DNA of 64,000 nucleotides from Candidatus Marinacidobacterium sp. (GTDB taxonomy: Bacteria; Acidobacteriota; Vicinamibacteria; Marinacidobacterales; Marinacidobacteraceae): assembly GCA_965204755.1 (NCBI GenBank), contig OZ242011.1:2164975-2228974 (forward strand), given 5' to 3'. A model generated the notes under the pieces. That model was not told where the DNA came from and did not search any database. It saw only the letters and a program-made list of their open reading frames with translations. A program made the position numbers and the translations under genes. Below, one piece after another: positions 1-9,124 of this stretch (the stretch's first letter is position 1; each line of letters opens with the position of its first letter).

Positions 1-9
1 CCCGCGTCC

Positions 10-969
10 ATGCCGTCGAAGCGCCCCCCCGGGTACGACCCGCTCGCCTTCCCGCCGGTGGCGGTAACGGTGGACCTCGTGGTGTTCACCGTCCGCGGCG
101 GAGCGCTGCAGGCGCTGCTCGTCCGGCGCGGCCAGCCGCCGTTTCGCGGCGACTGGGCGCTTCCGGGCGGGTTCGTCCAGCCGGAGGAGGACCTGCTCGA
201 CGCCGCCCTGCGGGAACTGGAGGAAGAGACCGGGGTGGGGCGGGAGGCCGTCCACATCGAGCAGTTGCGGGCCTACGGCGCTCCCGGCCGCGACCCCCGG
301 ATGCGGGTGGTGACCGTGGCCTATTGGGCGGTGGTCGGGTCGCTGCCGCCGCTGGCCGCCGGGACGGACGCCGAGTCGGCGGCCCTCGTCCCGGTGAAGG
401 ACATCGACGAGGGGGGCGTCCGGCTCGCCTTCGACCACTTCGGGATCGTCCGCGACGCCGTCGCCTACATCCGGAGTCGGCTGGAAGACGATCCGGCGCT
501 CGCGGCGCGGTTCTGCCCGCCGGAATTCACGATCACCGAACTCCGGCGCGTCTTCGAGGCGGTGTGGCGGACGGCGGTGGAGCCGGCGAACTTCCAGCGC
601 CAGGTGCGGAAGAGCGGCGTGTTCCGGCGGCTGCCGGGGACGGCGGCGTCGGGGTCGCTGGGAGGACGGCCGGCTTCCCGGTGGGTCGCGCCGGAAGTGA
701 CCGCGTCGGCGGCGGCGCCGGAGGCGTTCGTGGGCGCGGCGCCCCCGGACGGCGCTCCGATGGCGGGCGCCGCGGAAGGCGTCGAGAGTCCGGGGGGCTT
801 CGATCCGGTGTCGGTCGGTTCCGCCCCGGAAGCGCCCGCCGCCGGCCCGGCCGACCGCGGGGACGGCGCCCCGCCGCCCGCCTCCCCGGACTCGCCGCCC
901 CGGGTGCGGTTCCCCCGGCCTCGCCGCCGCCGCCGCCCGGCGCCGCCGGACTCCGGGGGCGGCGGCTGA
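10..969 (+). CDS. NrtR-family Nudix protein (Nudix hydrolase domain plus C-terminal winged-helix-like domain) with a long Pro/Ala/Gly-rich tail
   Basis: Nudix box GGFVQPEEDLLDAALRELEEETGV. The later segment FDHFGIVRDAVAYIRSRL...FTITELRRVFEAVW resembles the NrtR wHTH. Residues after about 215 are low complexity. Confidence 0.75.
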   Translation: MPSKRPPGYDPLAFPPVAVTVDLVVFTVRGGALQALLVRRGQPPFRGDWALPGGFVQPEEDLLDAALRELEEETGVGREAVHIEQLRAYGAPGRDPRMRVVTVAYWAVVGSLPPLAAGTDAESAALVPVKDIDEGGVRLAFDHFGIVRDAVAYIRSRLEDDPALAARFCPPEFTITELRRVFEAVWRTAVEPANFQRQVRKSGVFRRLPGTAASGSLGGRPASRWVAPEVTASAAAPEAFVGAAPPDGAPMAGAAEGVESPGGFDPVSVGSAPEAPAAGPADRGDGAPPPASPDSPPRVRFPRPRRRRRPAPPDSGGGG

Positions 970-1015
970 CCGCCCGGGCCTCCCGCCGTTAGGATTTTCG
1001 CCCCCCGCCGCCGCC

Positions 1016-1798
1016 GTGGACAGCGCCCGTTACATCCTCGGTTTCGCCGCCGCGGTGTGTCTCGTGTGCGCGGTGCTGGTCTCCGGCTCCGCGGTCTCGC
1101 TCCGCTCGCTCCAGGCGGAGAACGCCGAGCGCGAACGCCAGCGGAATGTCCTGTTCGCCGCCGGCCTCGCCGACCCGGAGGAATCCCTCACCGACGAAGA
1201 GATGGCGGCGCGGTTCGCCTCCGTTACCCCCGTCGTCGTGGACCTCGAAACCGGCGCCGACCTGCCGGACGCGGACCCCGCGCAGGTGGACCCGCTGGTG
1301 GAAGCCGGCGTCCCGGACACTTCGCGCCCGGTGGCGGACAACCCGGCGCGGGTGCGGCGGGTGGAGCGGCGCTCGGTGGTGTACCGGGTCGAGGACGGGT
1401 CCGGCGGCCTCAGCGCCGTCGTGCTCCCGGTGCGGGGGCAGGGGCTCTGGGGCGTCCTCTACGGTTTCCTCGCGCTCGAAGCCGACCTCGACACCGTGCG
1501 CGGGCTCACCTTCTACCGGCACAAGGAGACTCCGGGGCTCGGCGGCGAAGTGGACAACCCCGCCTGGAAGGCGCTCTGGCCGGGCCGCCGCGTCTTCTCC
1601 GCCGGGGGCGAACCGGTCATCGAAGTCGCCCGCGCCGCCGCCGGGCCGGTCGCCTCGGACCCCCACCGGGTGGACGGGCTCTCCGGGGCGACGATGACCA
1701 GCCGCGGCGTGACGAACCTGCTGCGGTTCTGGCTCGCGGAGAACGGGTTCGGGCCTTACCTCGACCGGTTGCGCGCGGACGCGGGCGCCGGGGGCTGA
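1016..1798 (+). CDS. nqrC: Na+-translocating NADH:quinone oxidoreductase subunit C
   Basis: GTG start, N-terminal TM helix, FMN-attachment motif [12 protein letters not shown], and position upstream of nqrD/E/F. Confidence 0.9.
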   Translation: MDSARYILGFAAAVCLVCAVLVSGSAVSLRSLQAENAERERQRNVLFAAGLADPEESLTDEEMAARFASVTPVVVDLETGADLPDADPAQVDPLVEAGVPDTSRPVADNPARVRRVERRSVVYRVEDGSGGLSAVVLPVRGQGLWGVLYGFLALEADLDTVRGLTFYRHKETPGLGGEVDNPAWKALWPGRRVFSAGGEPVIEVARAAAGPVASDPHRVDGLSGATMTSRGVTNLLRFWLAENGFGPYLDRLRADAGAGG

Positions 1799-1815
1799 CG
1801 AGGGGCGGAGGAGAC

Positions 1816-2442
1816 ATGGCCGACCGACCGGCGCGGCGGGTGCTGATGGACCCGCTGATCCACAACAACCCGATCGCGCTCCAGGTCCTCGGCATCTGCT
1901 CGGCGCTCGCGGTGACCACCGGGATGCAGACCTCGGTGGTCATGAGCGCGGCGGTGGTCGCGGTAACCGCGCTCTCCAACCTCTCGGTGAGCCTGCTGCG
2001 GAACCGCATTCCCACCAGCATCCGCATCATCGTCCAACTCACGATCATCGCCTCGCTGGTCATCGTCACCGACCAGATCCTGAAGGCGTACCTCTACGAG
2101 ATCTCCAAACAACTCAGCGTCTTCGTCGGGCTCATCATCACGAACTGCATCATCATGGGCCGGGCGGAAGCGTTCGCCATGCAGAACCCGCCGCTCCGCA
2201 GTTTGCTCGACGGGATCGGGAACGGTCTCGGTTACGCCGCGCTCCTGCTGGTTACCGGCGCCGCCCGGGAAATCCTCGGCGCCGGCGAGTTCTGGGGCAT
2301 TCCGGTATTGCCGCTCGCTTCGGAAGGCGGGTGGTTCACGCCGAACGGGCTCATGGGACTCTCGCCGGGGGCGTTCTTCGTGATCGGGTTCCTGATCTGG
2401 CTGCTGCGCGCGTTCCGGCCGGAACAGGTGGAAGCGGAATGA
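1816..2442 (+). CDS. nqrD: Na+-translocating NADH:quinone oxidoreductase subunit D
   Basis: ATG at 1816, in frame with track ORF 1057..2442. NqrD/RnfE-type polytopic sequence [18 protein letters not shown]...[14 protein letters not shown]. Confidence 0.9.
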   Translation: MADRPARRVLMDPLIHNNPIALQVLGICSALAVTTGMQTSVVMSAAVVAVTALSNLSVSLLRNRIPTSIRIIVQLTIIASLVIVTDQILKAYLYEISKQLSVFVGLIITNCIIMGRAEAFAMQNPPLRSLLDGIGNGLGYAALLLVTGAAREILGAGEFWGIPVLPLASEGGWFTPNGLMGLSPGAFFVIGFLIWLLRAFRPEQVEAE

Positions 2443-2480
2443 CCGCGCGGTCGGGTGGGCCGGCGCCCCGGACGAAGTAA

Positions 2481-3098
2481 GTGCTCCAGGACTACCTGAA
2501 CATCGCCGTCCGGGCGATCTTCGTGGAGAACATGGCGCTCGCCTTCTTCCTGGGCATGTGTTCCTTCCTCGCCGTCTCGAAACGCGTTTCCACGGCGATC
2601 GGGCTGGGCGCGGCGGTGGTGTTCGTCCTGACGGTAACCGTGCCGCTGAACCAGGCGATCAACGACTACCTGCTGCGTCCGGGGGCGCTCGGCTGGCTGG
2701 GGGAAGCGCTGGGCGAGCAGGACCTCTCGTTCCTGCAGTTCCTCACCTTCATCGGGACGATCGCCGCGACGGTGCAGGTGGTGGAGATGGTGCTCGACCG
2801 CCACTTCCCGGCGCTCCACGCCGCCCTCGGCGTGTTCCTGCCGCTCATCGCGGTGAACTGCGCCATCCTCGGCGCGTCGCTCCTCATGGTGGAGCGCGGG
2901 TTGAACCTCGGCGAGTCCGCCGTCTTCGGGTTCGGCTCCGGTCTCGGCTGGGCGCTCGCCATCGCCGCCCTCGCCGGCATCCGCGAACGCCTGCGCTACC
3001 ACTCCATACCCGCCGGGCTCCGCGGGCTGGGCATCACCTTCCTGCTGACCGGCCTGATGGCGATCGGTTTCATGGCGTTCGGCGGGATACAACTGTGA
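2481..3098 (+). CDS. nqrE: Na+-translocating NADH:quinone oxidoreductase subunit E
   Basis: NqrE/RnfA-type sequence [21 protein letters not shown]...[15 protein letters not shown] start. Confidence 0.9.
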   Translation: MLQDYLNIAVRAIFVENMALAFFLGMCSFLAVSKRVSTAIGLGAAVVFVLTVTVPLNQAINDYLLRPGALGWLGEALGEQDLSFLQFLTFIGTIAATVQVVEMVLDRHFPALHAALGVFLPLIAVNCAILGASLLMVERGLNLGESAVFGFGSGLGWALAIAALAGIRERLRYHSIPAGLRGLGITFLLTGLMAIGFMAFGGIQL

Positions 3099-3126
3099 CC
3101 GCCCGCGGAAGGAGCGCCCGCCGGCC

Positions 3127-4356
3127 GTGAACACGGTTCTTCTCGGGGTCGCCGGGTTCTCCGGCGTCATCCTGGCGCTGGTGGCGGTGCTGCTCTACGC
3201 CCGGAGGCGGCTGGTGGCCACCGGGGAGGTCACGATCCGCGTCAACGACGACCCGCAGCACGACCTGGTGACTCCGGCGGGAGGGACATTGCTCGGCGCG
3301 CTCGCCGAGTGCGGGGTGTTCGTGCCGTCCGCGTGCGGCGGTAAAGGCAGTTGCGGCGTCTGCACCCTCCGGGTGAAGTCCGGCGGCGGCGCGGTGCTCC
3401 CGACGGAGCGGAGCCACCTCTCCCGCGGCGAAGAGCGCGAAGGCGTGCGCCTGTCCTGCCAGGTGAAGGTGAAACAGGATCTCTCCATCGAGGTGCCGCC
3501 GGAACTCTTCTCCGTCCGCAAGTGGAAGTGCCGCGTGCGCTCCAACCACAATGTGGCGACCTTCATCAAGGAACTCGCGCTCGAGTTGCCGGAAGGGGAA
3601 GAGGTGCCCTTCCGCGCCGGCGGTTACATCCAGATCGATTGCCCGCCCCACGAAGTGCGGTACCGCGACTTCGACATCGAAGAGGAATACCGCGACGACT
3701 GGGATCGCTTCGGGATGTGGGACTTCACTTCCGCCGTCGAACCCGGTGAAGAGGTGGTGCGGGCGTATTCGATGGCGAACTATCCGGAGGAGAAGGGCGT
3801 CATCCTGCTGAATGTGCGGATCGCCTCCCCGCCGCCGCGCCAACCGGAACTGCCGCCCGGCAAGATGACTTCCTGGCTTTTCCGCCTGAAACCCGGCGAC
3901 GAAGTCACGATCTCCGGCCCGTTCGGCGAGTTCTTCGCCAAGGACACCCCGAACGAGATGATCTTCATCGGCGGCGGCGCGGGTATGGCGCCGATGCGCT
4001 CCCACATCTTCGACCAGTTCCGCCGGCTGAAGACGAATCGCAAGGTGTCCTTCTGGTACGGCGCGCGGAGCCTCCGCGAGGCGTTCTACCAGGAGGACTT
4101 CGACCGGATCGCCGCCGAATTCCCCAACTTCGACTGGAAACTGGCGCTCTCGGAGCCGCTCCCGGAAGACGAATGGACCGGCCTCACCGGTTTCATCCAC
4201 CAGGTGCTCTACGACAACTACCTGAAGGCCCACCCCGCCCCGGAGGACGCCGAGTACTACCTCTGCGGCCCGCCGATGATGCTGCAGGCCTGCCTGAAGA
4301 TGCTCGACGACCTGGGCGTCGAACCGGAGAACATCGCCTTCGACGACTTCGGCTGA
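3127..4356 (+). CDS. nqrF: Na+-translocating NADH:quinone oxidoreductase subunit F
   Basis: N-terminal TM helix, 2Fe-2S motif [13 protein letters not shown] motif RAYSMAN, NAD motif GGGAGMAPM. Confidence 0.9.
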   Translation: MNTVLLGVAGFSGVILALVAVLLYARRRLVATGEVTIRVNDDPQHDLVTPAGGTLLGALAECGVFVPSACGGKGSCGVCTLRVKSGGGAVLPTERSHLSRGEEREGVRLSCQVKVKQDLSIEVPPELFSVRKWKCRVRSNHNVATFIKELALELPEGEEVPFRAGGYIQIDCPPHEVRYRDFDIEEEYRDDWDRFGMWDFTSAVEPGEEVVRAYSMANYPEEKGVILLNVRIASPPPRQPELPPGKMTSWLFRLKPGDEVTISGPFGEFFAKDTPNEMIFIGGGAGMAPMRSHIFDQFRRLKTNRKVSFWYGARSLREAFYQEDFDRIAAEFPNFDWKLALSEPLPEDEWTGLTGFIHQVLYDNYLKAHPAPEDAEYYLCGPPMMLQACLKMLDDLGVEPENIAFDDFG

Positions 4357-4385
4357 CCCCGGCCGCGATTCCTACCGTCGTCGTT

Positions 4386-4414
4386 CGCGGGGAACGGGAA
4401 ACCCCTTCCCGCGC
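4386..4414. terminator. GC-rich hairpin between convergent nqrF and the glycosyltransferase-like gene
   Basis: CGCGGGGAACGGGAAACCCCTTCCCGCG forms an imperfect stem-loop in the 71-nt convergent spacer. There is no clear U-tract. Confidence 0.3.
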
Positions 4415-4427
4415 CCCCGCGGCGTCT

Positions 4428-6556
4428 TCACTCCCGGCGGATCTCCGCGCTCCAGGTCTCCCCCTCGCCGCTTCGGTATCGGCCGGTGCGCACGCGGGCG
4501 ATCCCGTAGTCCGGCAGCGGGACCGTCGCCAGGCAGGCGCGCCCCCCGCCGGCGAGTTCGAACAGGACGCCCCACCGGAAGAAGTCGAAGTCCAGGTTCT
4601 CGAAACGGTGCGGCGCGCGCTCCGCCGGGAGGACCCCCGGCGCTTCGGGATAGACATGCAGGAAGAAACGCCCCTCGCGCAGCGACTCTTCCCGGCAGGA
4701 GGCCCGCCGATAGAACAGCATCGGCCCCTTCGCGGCGGAAACGGAACCGCGGTCGAAGTACACCTCGAAGTCCGCCTCCGCGTCCGGCTCCTTCGTTCGC
4801 AGGAACTCGTATGCCTCCCGGTAGCGATGCGAAGGCGGCGCGTATCCCCGGTCCACGGCGAAGACCGCGCCGTCGGCGAACTCCGCCAGCGGACGGAGAC
4901 CGGGCGTGGCGAACAACACCGCCGGGGGCCCGGCCCGGTAACGGGGCCGCAGGAAGTCCGTGCTCCACACCAGCCGGGCGCCCTCGGGTACTCCTTCCAG
5001 GAAGGCGGCGAGCCGTTCCTGCGGGAGATCGTCTCCCGGCGCCTCTCGACCGACCCAAACCCCGCGGATCGCGCGAAGGTCCGGCCCCCCGCCGAGATGG
5101 GCCAGGACCGGCGTCCACAAGTTGGTGTAGACGCGGCGGGACTCCCCGTAAGAGTCGGCCCGGGCGAACCGCAAGGTCTCCGAACTCGCCCAGGGCTCGC
5201 CGAGGTAGCCGTTGGTGAAGAGGACCTCCGCGGAGTTGGCCCGCGCGACCGCCCGCCGCTGGAGACCGACCTGCCCGACCGCCCACGCCGAGAGGAGCGC
5301 CGCCGCCGCGACGGCGCCGGCCCGCGCGAAGAGTCTCCTGCCGCTCCCGGCTTCGAGGAGCGGGTCGAGCGCCGTAACCAGAGCGAGGACGAGCGGCAAT
5401 CTGGCGGGAAACAGGTGCCTGGGTTCGACGCCGTCCTCGCTGTGACCGAGCATCAACGCCGCGAAATAGAGACCGATGAACGCGAGCGCGAAGCCGCCGA
5501 AGAGCAGAACCCGCCGCGCCGGTTTCGTCGGGGACGCGAGGCCGACGCCCGGAGCGGAGCCCCCCCCCCCCCCCCCCCCCCCAATTCTCCGAGGCCGAGG
5601 GCTCGGCGGACGGTTCCCGTCCGGGGCGAACGCAGGAGCGCCGCCAACGGAAGCAGGGCGCCGAGGGCGAGCAGGGCGCCGGAACTGCCGTCGAATCGCG
5701 CCCAGGCGAGGACCGCGCTCCCGATGTCGCTCAAGATCTCGGCGGCGGCGTAGTCCGTAGGGGGAGGACGCCCGGCCCAACTGCCGCTGACGAAGTAGTT
5801 CCTCGCAGACCAGGCGAGCATCGGCAGACCGGCGATCGCGGTGTAGGCCGCCGCGTTCCGGAAGTTCTCCCGGCCCCGCGCCCCCCGGCGCGTCAGGAGA
5901 AGCGCGCCGGCGAGGAGCAACAGGACCGCGCCGACGAACCGGGTCGAAAACGCCAAACCGGCGAACACCGCGGACCACGCCAGGCAAGCGCGCTTCCCCT
6001 CCTCGAGGAAGCCGCCCAGCAGGATCAGGGCGAGGAGCGTGAACAGTACGAAGACCGGCTCCGTGACCCCGCGCCAGGCCCACTCGGCGAACGGAAGGGA
6101 CAGCGCCGCCGCGGCCGGTGTCCACAGGCGGAGGAACCTCGACCGGAGATGACGCGCCGCATACCGGCCGACGACGAAGACGGTGAGCGCGAAGAAGGCG
6201 GCCCCCACCAGGTGGATCCCGGAGAAGAGATCCAGTCCGCCGAGGCGCGCCGCAGAAAGGAGGAGCGGATAGAACGGAGGCCCGGCATAGGTCGGGGCTC
6301 TTCGCGAAGGCCAATGCGTGAAGCCTTCGCCGTCCAGCAGGTTGTCGGTGACGCGGAGGTAGTTGATCGAGTGGATGTCCACCGCCGGCCCGTAGGTGGC
6401 GCCCCTCGCCAGCACCAGCGCGAAGGCGAGCGCGGCCAAGGCGACGACGAACGCGCCGTACCGACTCGACACAAACCGGTTCGGGCGAAGCGGGGACGCT
6501 CTCCCGCCTTCGACGCCCGGCCCTCTCCGCGGCGCCCTCGATCCGCGCAAACCCAC
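4428..6556 (-). pseudogene. ArnT/PMT-like (GT39/GT83-type) polytopic membrane glycosyltransferase, with the frame broken at a G23 homopolymer
   Basis: Track ORF 5453..6556 encodes the N-terminal multi-TM part up to ...GELGGGGGGG. Track ORF 4428..6314, in another frame, continues from GGGGGGGSAPG... with further TM helices and a soluble C-terminal domain. The two frames meet exactly at the homopolymer. A tract of 24 or 21 G would give one ~708-aa ORF. Confidence 0.6.
5560..5582 (-). repeat. Homopolymer: 23 consecutive C on the + strand (G23 on the coding strand)
   Basis: Counted directly: c at 5560, then 20 c in 5561-5580, then cc at 5581-5582. Confidence 0.95.
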
Positions 6557-6822
6557 GCTACCGGGAGTCGCCGGCCTCCGCCCGCTCGTCGAGGGAGGGA
6601 CGAATCCTCGAGTGCTCCGTCAGCGCCTCCGCGGCCCGCCGGCGCCCATGGCGACGAAAGGCGGCGTTTCCCGGGCCGCTCCCCGCCGCGCCGGCGATGT
6701 ACCGGTACCGGGCCGCGACCGGTATCCCGCGTTCTTCCGCCAACGAGTCCATTGCGAACTCGCGGGCCTCACCGAGGTCTTCCGGAGGAAAGGGAGTCGG
6801 CGAGGCGCTGTTTCACGGCTTG

Positions 6823-7359
6823 CTACGGCGCCGGTCGGTGCGGGTCCACCGCCGGGTCGGGCGGTTCCATGACGAAGGGGACCTCGATCTCGTACGGAGC
6901 GCCTTCGAAGCGGAAGTAGAGGATGGCGACCGCGTCGTCTTCCTCGACCACCGGCTCGCTGCGGGCGATCCACGCCTCGCCGAATTCGTCTATCTCCGGC
7001 CTCAGCGGTTCGAGGACCGCGTCGTCGCCTTCGCCGCGGCGGAGCGTGATGCGCACATCGTCCGCGACCGCGGCCGGCAACTCGCTGCGGACCGCGTCGG
7101 AGAAGTAGAGCCGGTGCTCGCCTTCCGGCGTGAGCACCACCTCGAAGTGCAGGTCGCCGTGCATGAACACATACCCGCCGTAACGCGGCTGGTGGTCCCC
7201 GTGCGCCATGCCGCCCATTCCCGCCATTCCGTCCATGCCGCTGTCCATGGACGAATCCGGGTCCCCGCCGCCGCAGCCGGCGAACCACAGCGCCGCCGCG
7301 GCGGCCGCGACGGCGAAGGCGCTTCGGGCGCGTCGGCGGTTCGCCGGTCGGGTACTCAT
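6823..7359 (-). CDS. Lipoprotein with a Met/His-rich N-terminal motif (possible Cu/metal binding)
   Basis: Signal peptide plus lipobox WFAGC, followed by MDSGMDGMAGMGGMAHGDH. The rest is a beta-rich acidic domain. No family recognised. Confidence 0.55.
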   Translation of the reverse strand: MSTRPANRRRARSAFAVAAAAAALWFAGCGGGDPDSSMDSGMDGMAGMGGMAHGDHQPRYGGYVFMHGDLHFEVVLTPEGEHRLYFSDAVRSELPAAVADDVRITLRRGEGDDAVLEPLRPEIDEFGEAWIARSEPVVEEDDAVAILYFRFEGAPYEIEVPFVMEPPDPAVDPHRPAP

Positions 7360-7413
7360 GCTTTCGCGGGGCGGCGGATGATACCGAGCGTTCCGCCGCC
7401 GTCCGCGCCGGAC

Positions 7414-8691
7414 TCAGCGCGGCGCCAGGCCCATCTGCAGCCGGGCGAGGTCGGCGGGCGTCAGCGCTTCGGCGGCGGCGCGGCGGACGGCTTCCCACCG
7501 CTCGTCCGGCGGCCGGGTCGGCCCGATCACAGCCTCCAGCGCGCGGCGGAACCCGGGGTCGGCGGACGGGCGAACCAGCGAGTAAGCGCCGAACCGGTCG
7601 GCGTGGCCGAGCAGGGCGTGCGGGTCGGACACCAGCGCCTCGAAGTCGAGCGCCCGGAGCGCCGACAGCCGGGGCCGCCGGCCGTCCAGGTAGTCGAAGA
7701 GGATGGAGGCGACCACCGGTTCCAGCGCGCGCAGGGCCTCGTCGGCGGGGTCGGACGGCGCGAGCGCTTCCGCCATCGCGGCCAGCCCCTCGAAGACGGC
7801 GGTGCGCGGGCCGTAGAGCGGGACGATCCCCAACTCCGGCCACCCGGTCTCCCGGAAGCGCGCCTCGGCGGCCGCCGCCTGCAGGTGGTGGCCGGGGACC
7901 CCTTCGTGGCACGCCAGCCGGCGCAACTCGCCGGCCCGGTACGGCCGCCAGCCGGGCAGCCGCAGCGCGCCCCGGCCGCCGCCGAGGTACCGGTAGAACG
8001 GCGACGCCCCGACGGGATCGCCCGCCGCCGCCTCCCGCGTGAGCCATTCGACCGCGAGCGGCTCGAGAGCGAGCGCGGCGCCCCCCTCCGGCGCCGGCGC
8101 CGAGGCGCGGCAGTCCGCGAGCGCCCGCTCCACCTCCCGCCGGGCCTCCTCCCCGGCGATCTCCCCCTTCCGGTAGCGCCGGCTCACGCGCACCCGCAGC
8201 GGCGCGAGGCCGGGAATCGCCCGCCCGACCCGGAAGTGGAGCCGCTCCAGGTCGAAGTCCGGCGCCTGCCAGTCCAGCCCGAAGACCCGGCGCAGTTCCT
8301 CGGCCACCGGAAGCCGCTCGCCGAGGAGCGAGCGGACGCGGACGAGGAGCGCGTCCGCGGTGGCGGCCAGGTAGCGGAGCCGGCCTTCGTCCTCCCCCCG
8401 CGGCAGCGAGCCCGCGCCCGCGGCGAGCCGCGCCGCCCGCCGTTCGAGGTCCGCGAGCGGCGCGGGTTCCGACGCGAGCGTCGGCCCGCCCGGGAACCGG
8501 TAGTCGAGGAACAGCGGGTCGCGTTCCGCGAGTTCGAGCGCCAGTTGCGCGAACTCCTCCCCGAGGTCGTCCGCGGTCCGCCACTCCGCCGCCGGTTCGT
8601 CCTCCGGGGCGCCGCCGCACCCGGAACCGAAGATCACCGCGCCGAGGAGGAGCGGCGTCCCGCGAACCGCCGCGATTCGGCAGGGTCTCAT
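7414..8691 (-). CDS. DUF885-family lipoprotein (metallopeptidase-like)
   Basis: HEGVPGHH motif. Start taken at ATG 8691 (MRPCRIAAV..., lipobox FGSGC). The longer track ORF would overlap rpsU on the other strand. Confidence 0.75.
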   Translation of the reverse strand: MRPCRIAAVRGTPLLLGAVIFGSGCGGAPEDEPAAEWRTADDLGEEFAQLALELAERDPLFLDYRFPGGPTLASEPAPLADLERRAARLAAGAGSLPRGEDEGRLRYLAATADALLVRVRSLLGERLPVAEELRRVFGLDWQAPDFDLERLHFRVGRAIPGLAPLRVRVSRRYRKGEIAGEEARREVERALADCRASAPAPEGGAALALEPLAVEWLTREAAAGDPVGASPFYRYLGGGRGALRLPGWRPYRAGELRRLACHEGVPGHHLQAAAAEARFRETGWPELGIVPLYGPRTAVFEGLAAMAEALAPSDPADEALRALEPVVASILFDYLDGRRPRLSALRALDFEALVSDPHALLGHADRFGAYSLVRPSADPGFRRALEAVIGPTRPPDERWEAVRRAAAEALTPADLARLQMGLAPR

Positions 8692-8784
8692 CGAGTCGGC
8701 TTCACCGGAGGACGGGCAGGCTGCCCGGCGGATTCTCCCGCGCCCGGCCCGCCGCCGGCGAACTTCGGTAGGCCGCCGCGAACC

Positions 8785-8813
8785 TTGACAACCCGCCGCC
8801 GTCCTTCTAGCGT
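8785..8813 (+). promoter_or_regulatory. Sigma70-like promoter candidate for rpsU-purD-purE
   Basis: TTGACA (8785-8790), 17-nt spacer, TAGCGT (8808-8813), about 80 nt upstream of the rpsU GTG. Confidence 0.35.
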
Positions 8814-8893
8814 TCGCGCCCCTGCCGGGCGGAATGGCCCGTCCCGGCGCCCAGTTTTCCCAGCATCCCGGAGGACGGAAAGAAAAGGCATTC

Positions 8894-9088
8894 GTGGCGG
8901 AAATCTCCATCCAGGAAGGCGAGACCATCGATGTGGCGCTGCGCCGGTTCAAGCGGCGCGTCCAGTCCGAGGACATCATCAAGGAAATCAAGCGGCATTC
9001 CTTCTACATGAAGCCCGGCGACAAGTTGCGGGCGAAGCGCGCCGCAGCCCGGAAGCGCGCCCGGAAGCGCCGGCGCCGCACGCGCTGA
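8894..9088 (+). CDS. rpsU: 30S ribosomal protein S21
   Basis: VAEISIQEGETIDVALRRFKRRV...FYMKPGDKLRAKRAAARKR matches S21. GTG 8894 gives the canonical ~64 aa. The track ORF starts at ATG 8834. Confidence 0.85.
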   Translation: MAEISIQEGETIDVALRRFKRRVQSEDIIKEIKRHSFYMKPGDKLRAKRAAARKRARKRRRRTR

Positions 9089-9124
9089 TCCGCGGAGCGG
9101 TCTCCACCCTCCTCCCCGCCTGCG

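Noticed and set aside
6558-6752. 64-aa ORF between the Met-rich lipoprotein and the glycosyltransferase-like gene
   Set aside because: It has no motif, an Arg/Ala-rich composition and no visible ribosome-binding site. It could equally be the 5' leader of the glycosyltransferase gene.
8805-8812. TTCTAGCG shared by intergenic regions at 8805, 15293 and 48858 (and TTCTAGGCG at about 33325) as a promoter element
   Set aside because: The motif is too short: about one chance occurrence of the 8-mer is expected in this window by my rough composition estimate. Only the rpsU copy has a proper -35 at the right spacing, and I could not exhaustively scan coding regions by eye.
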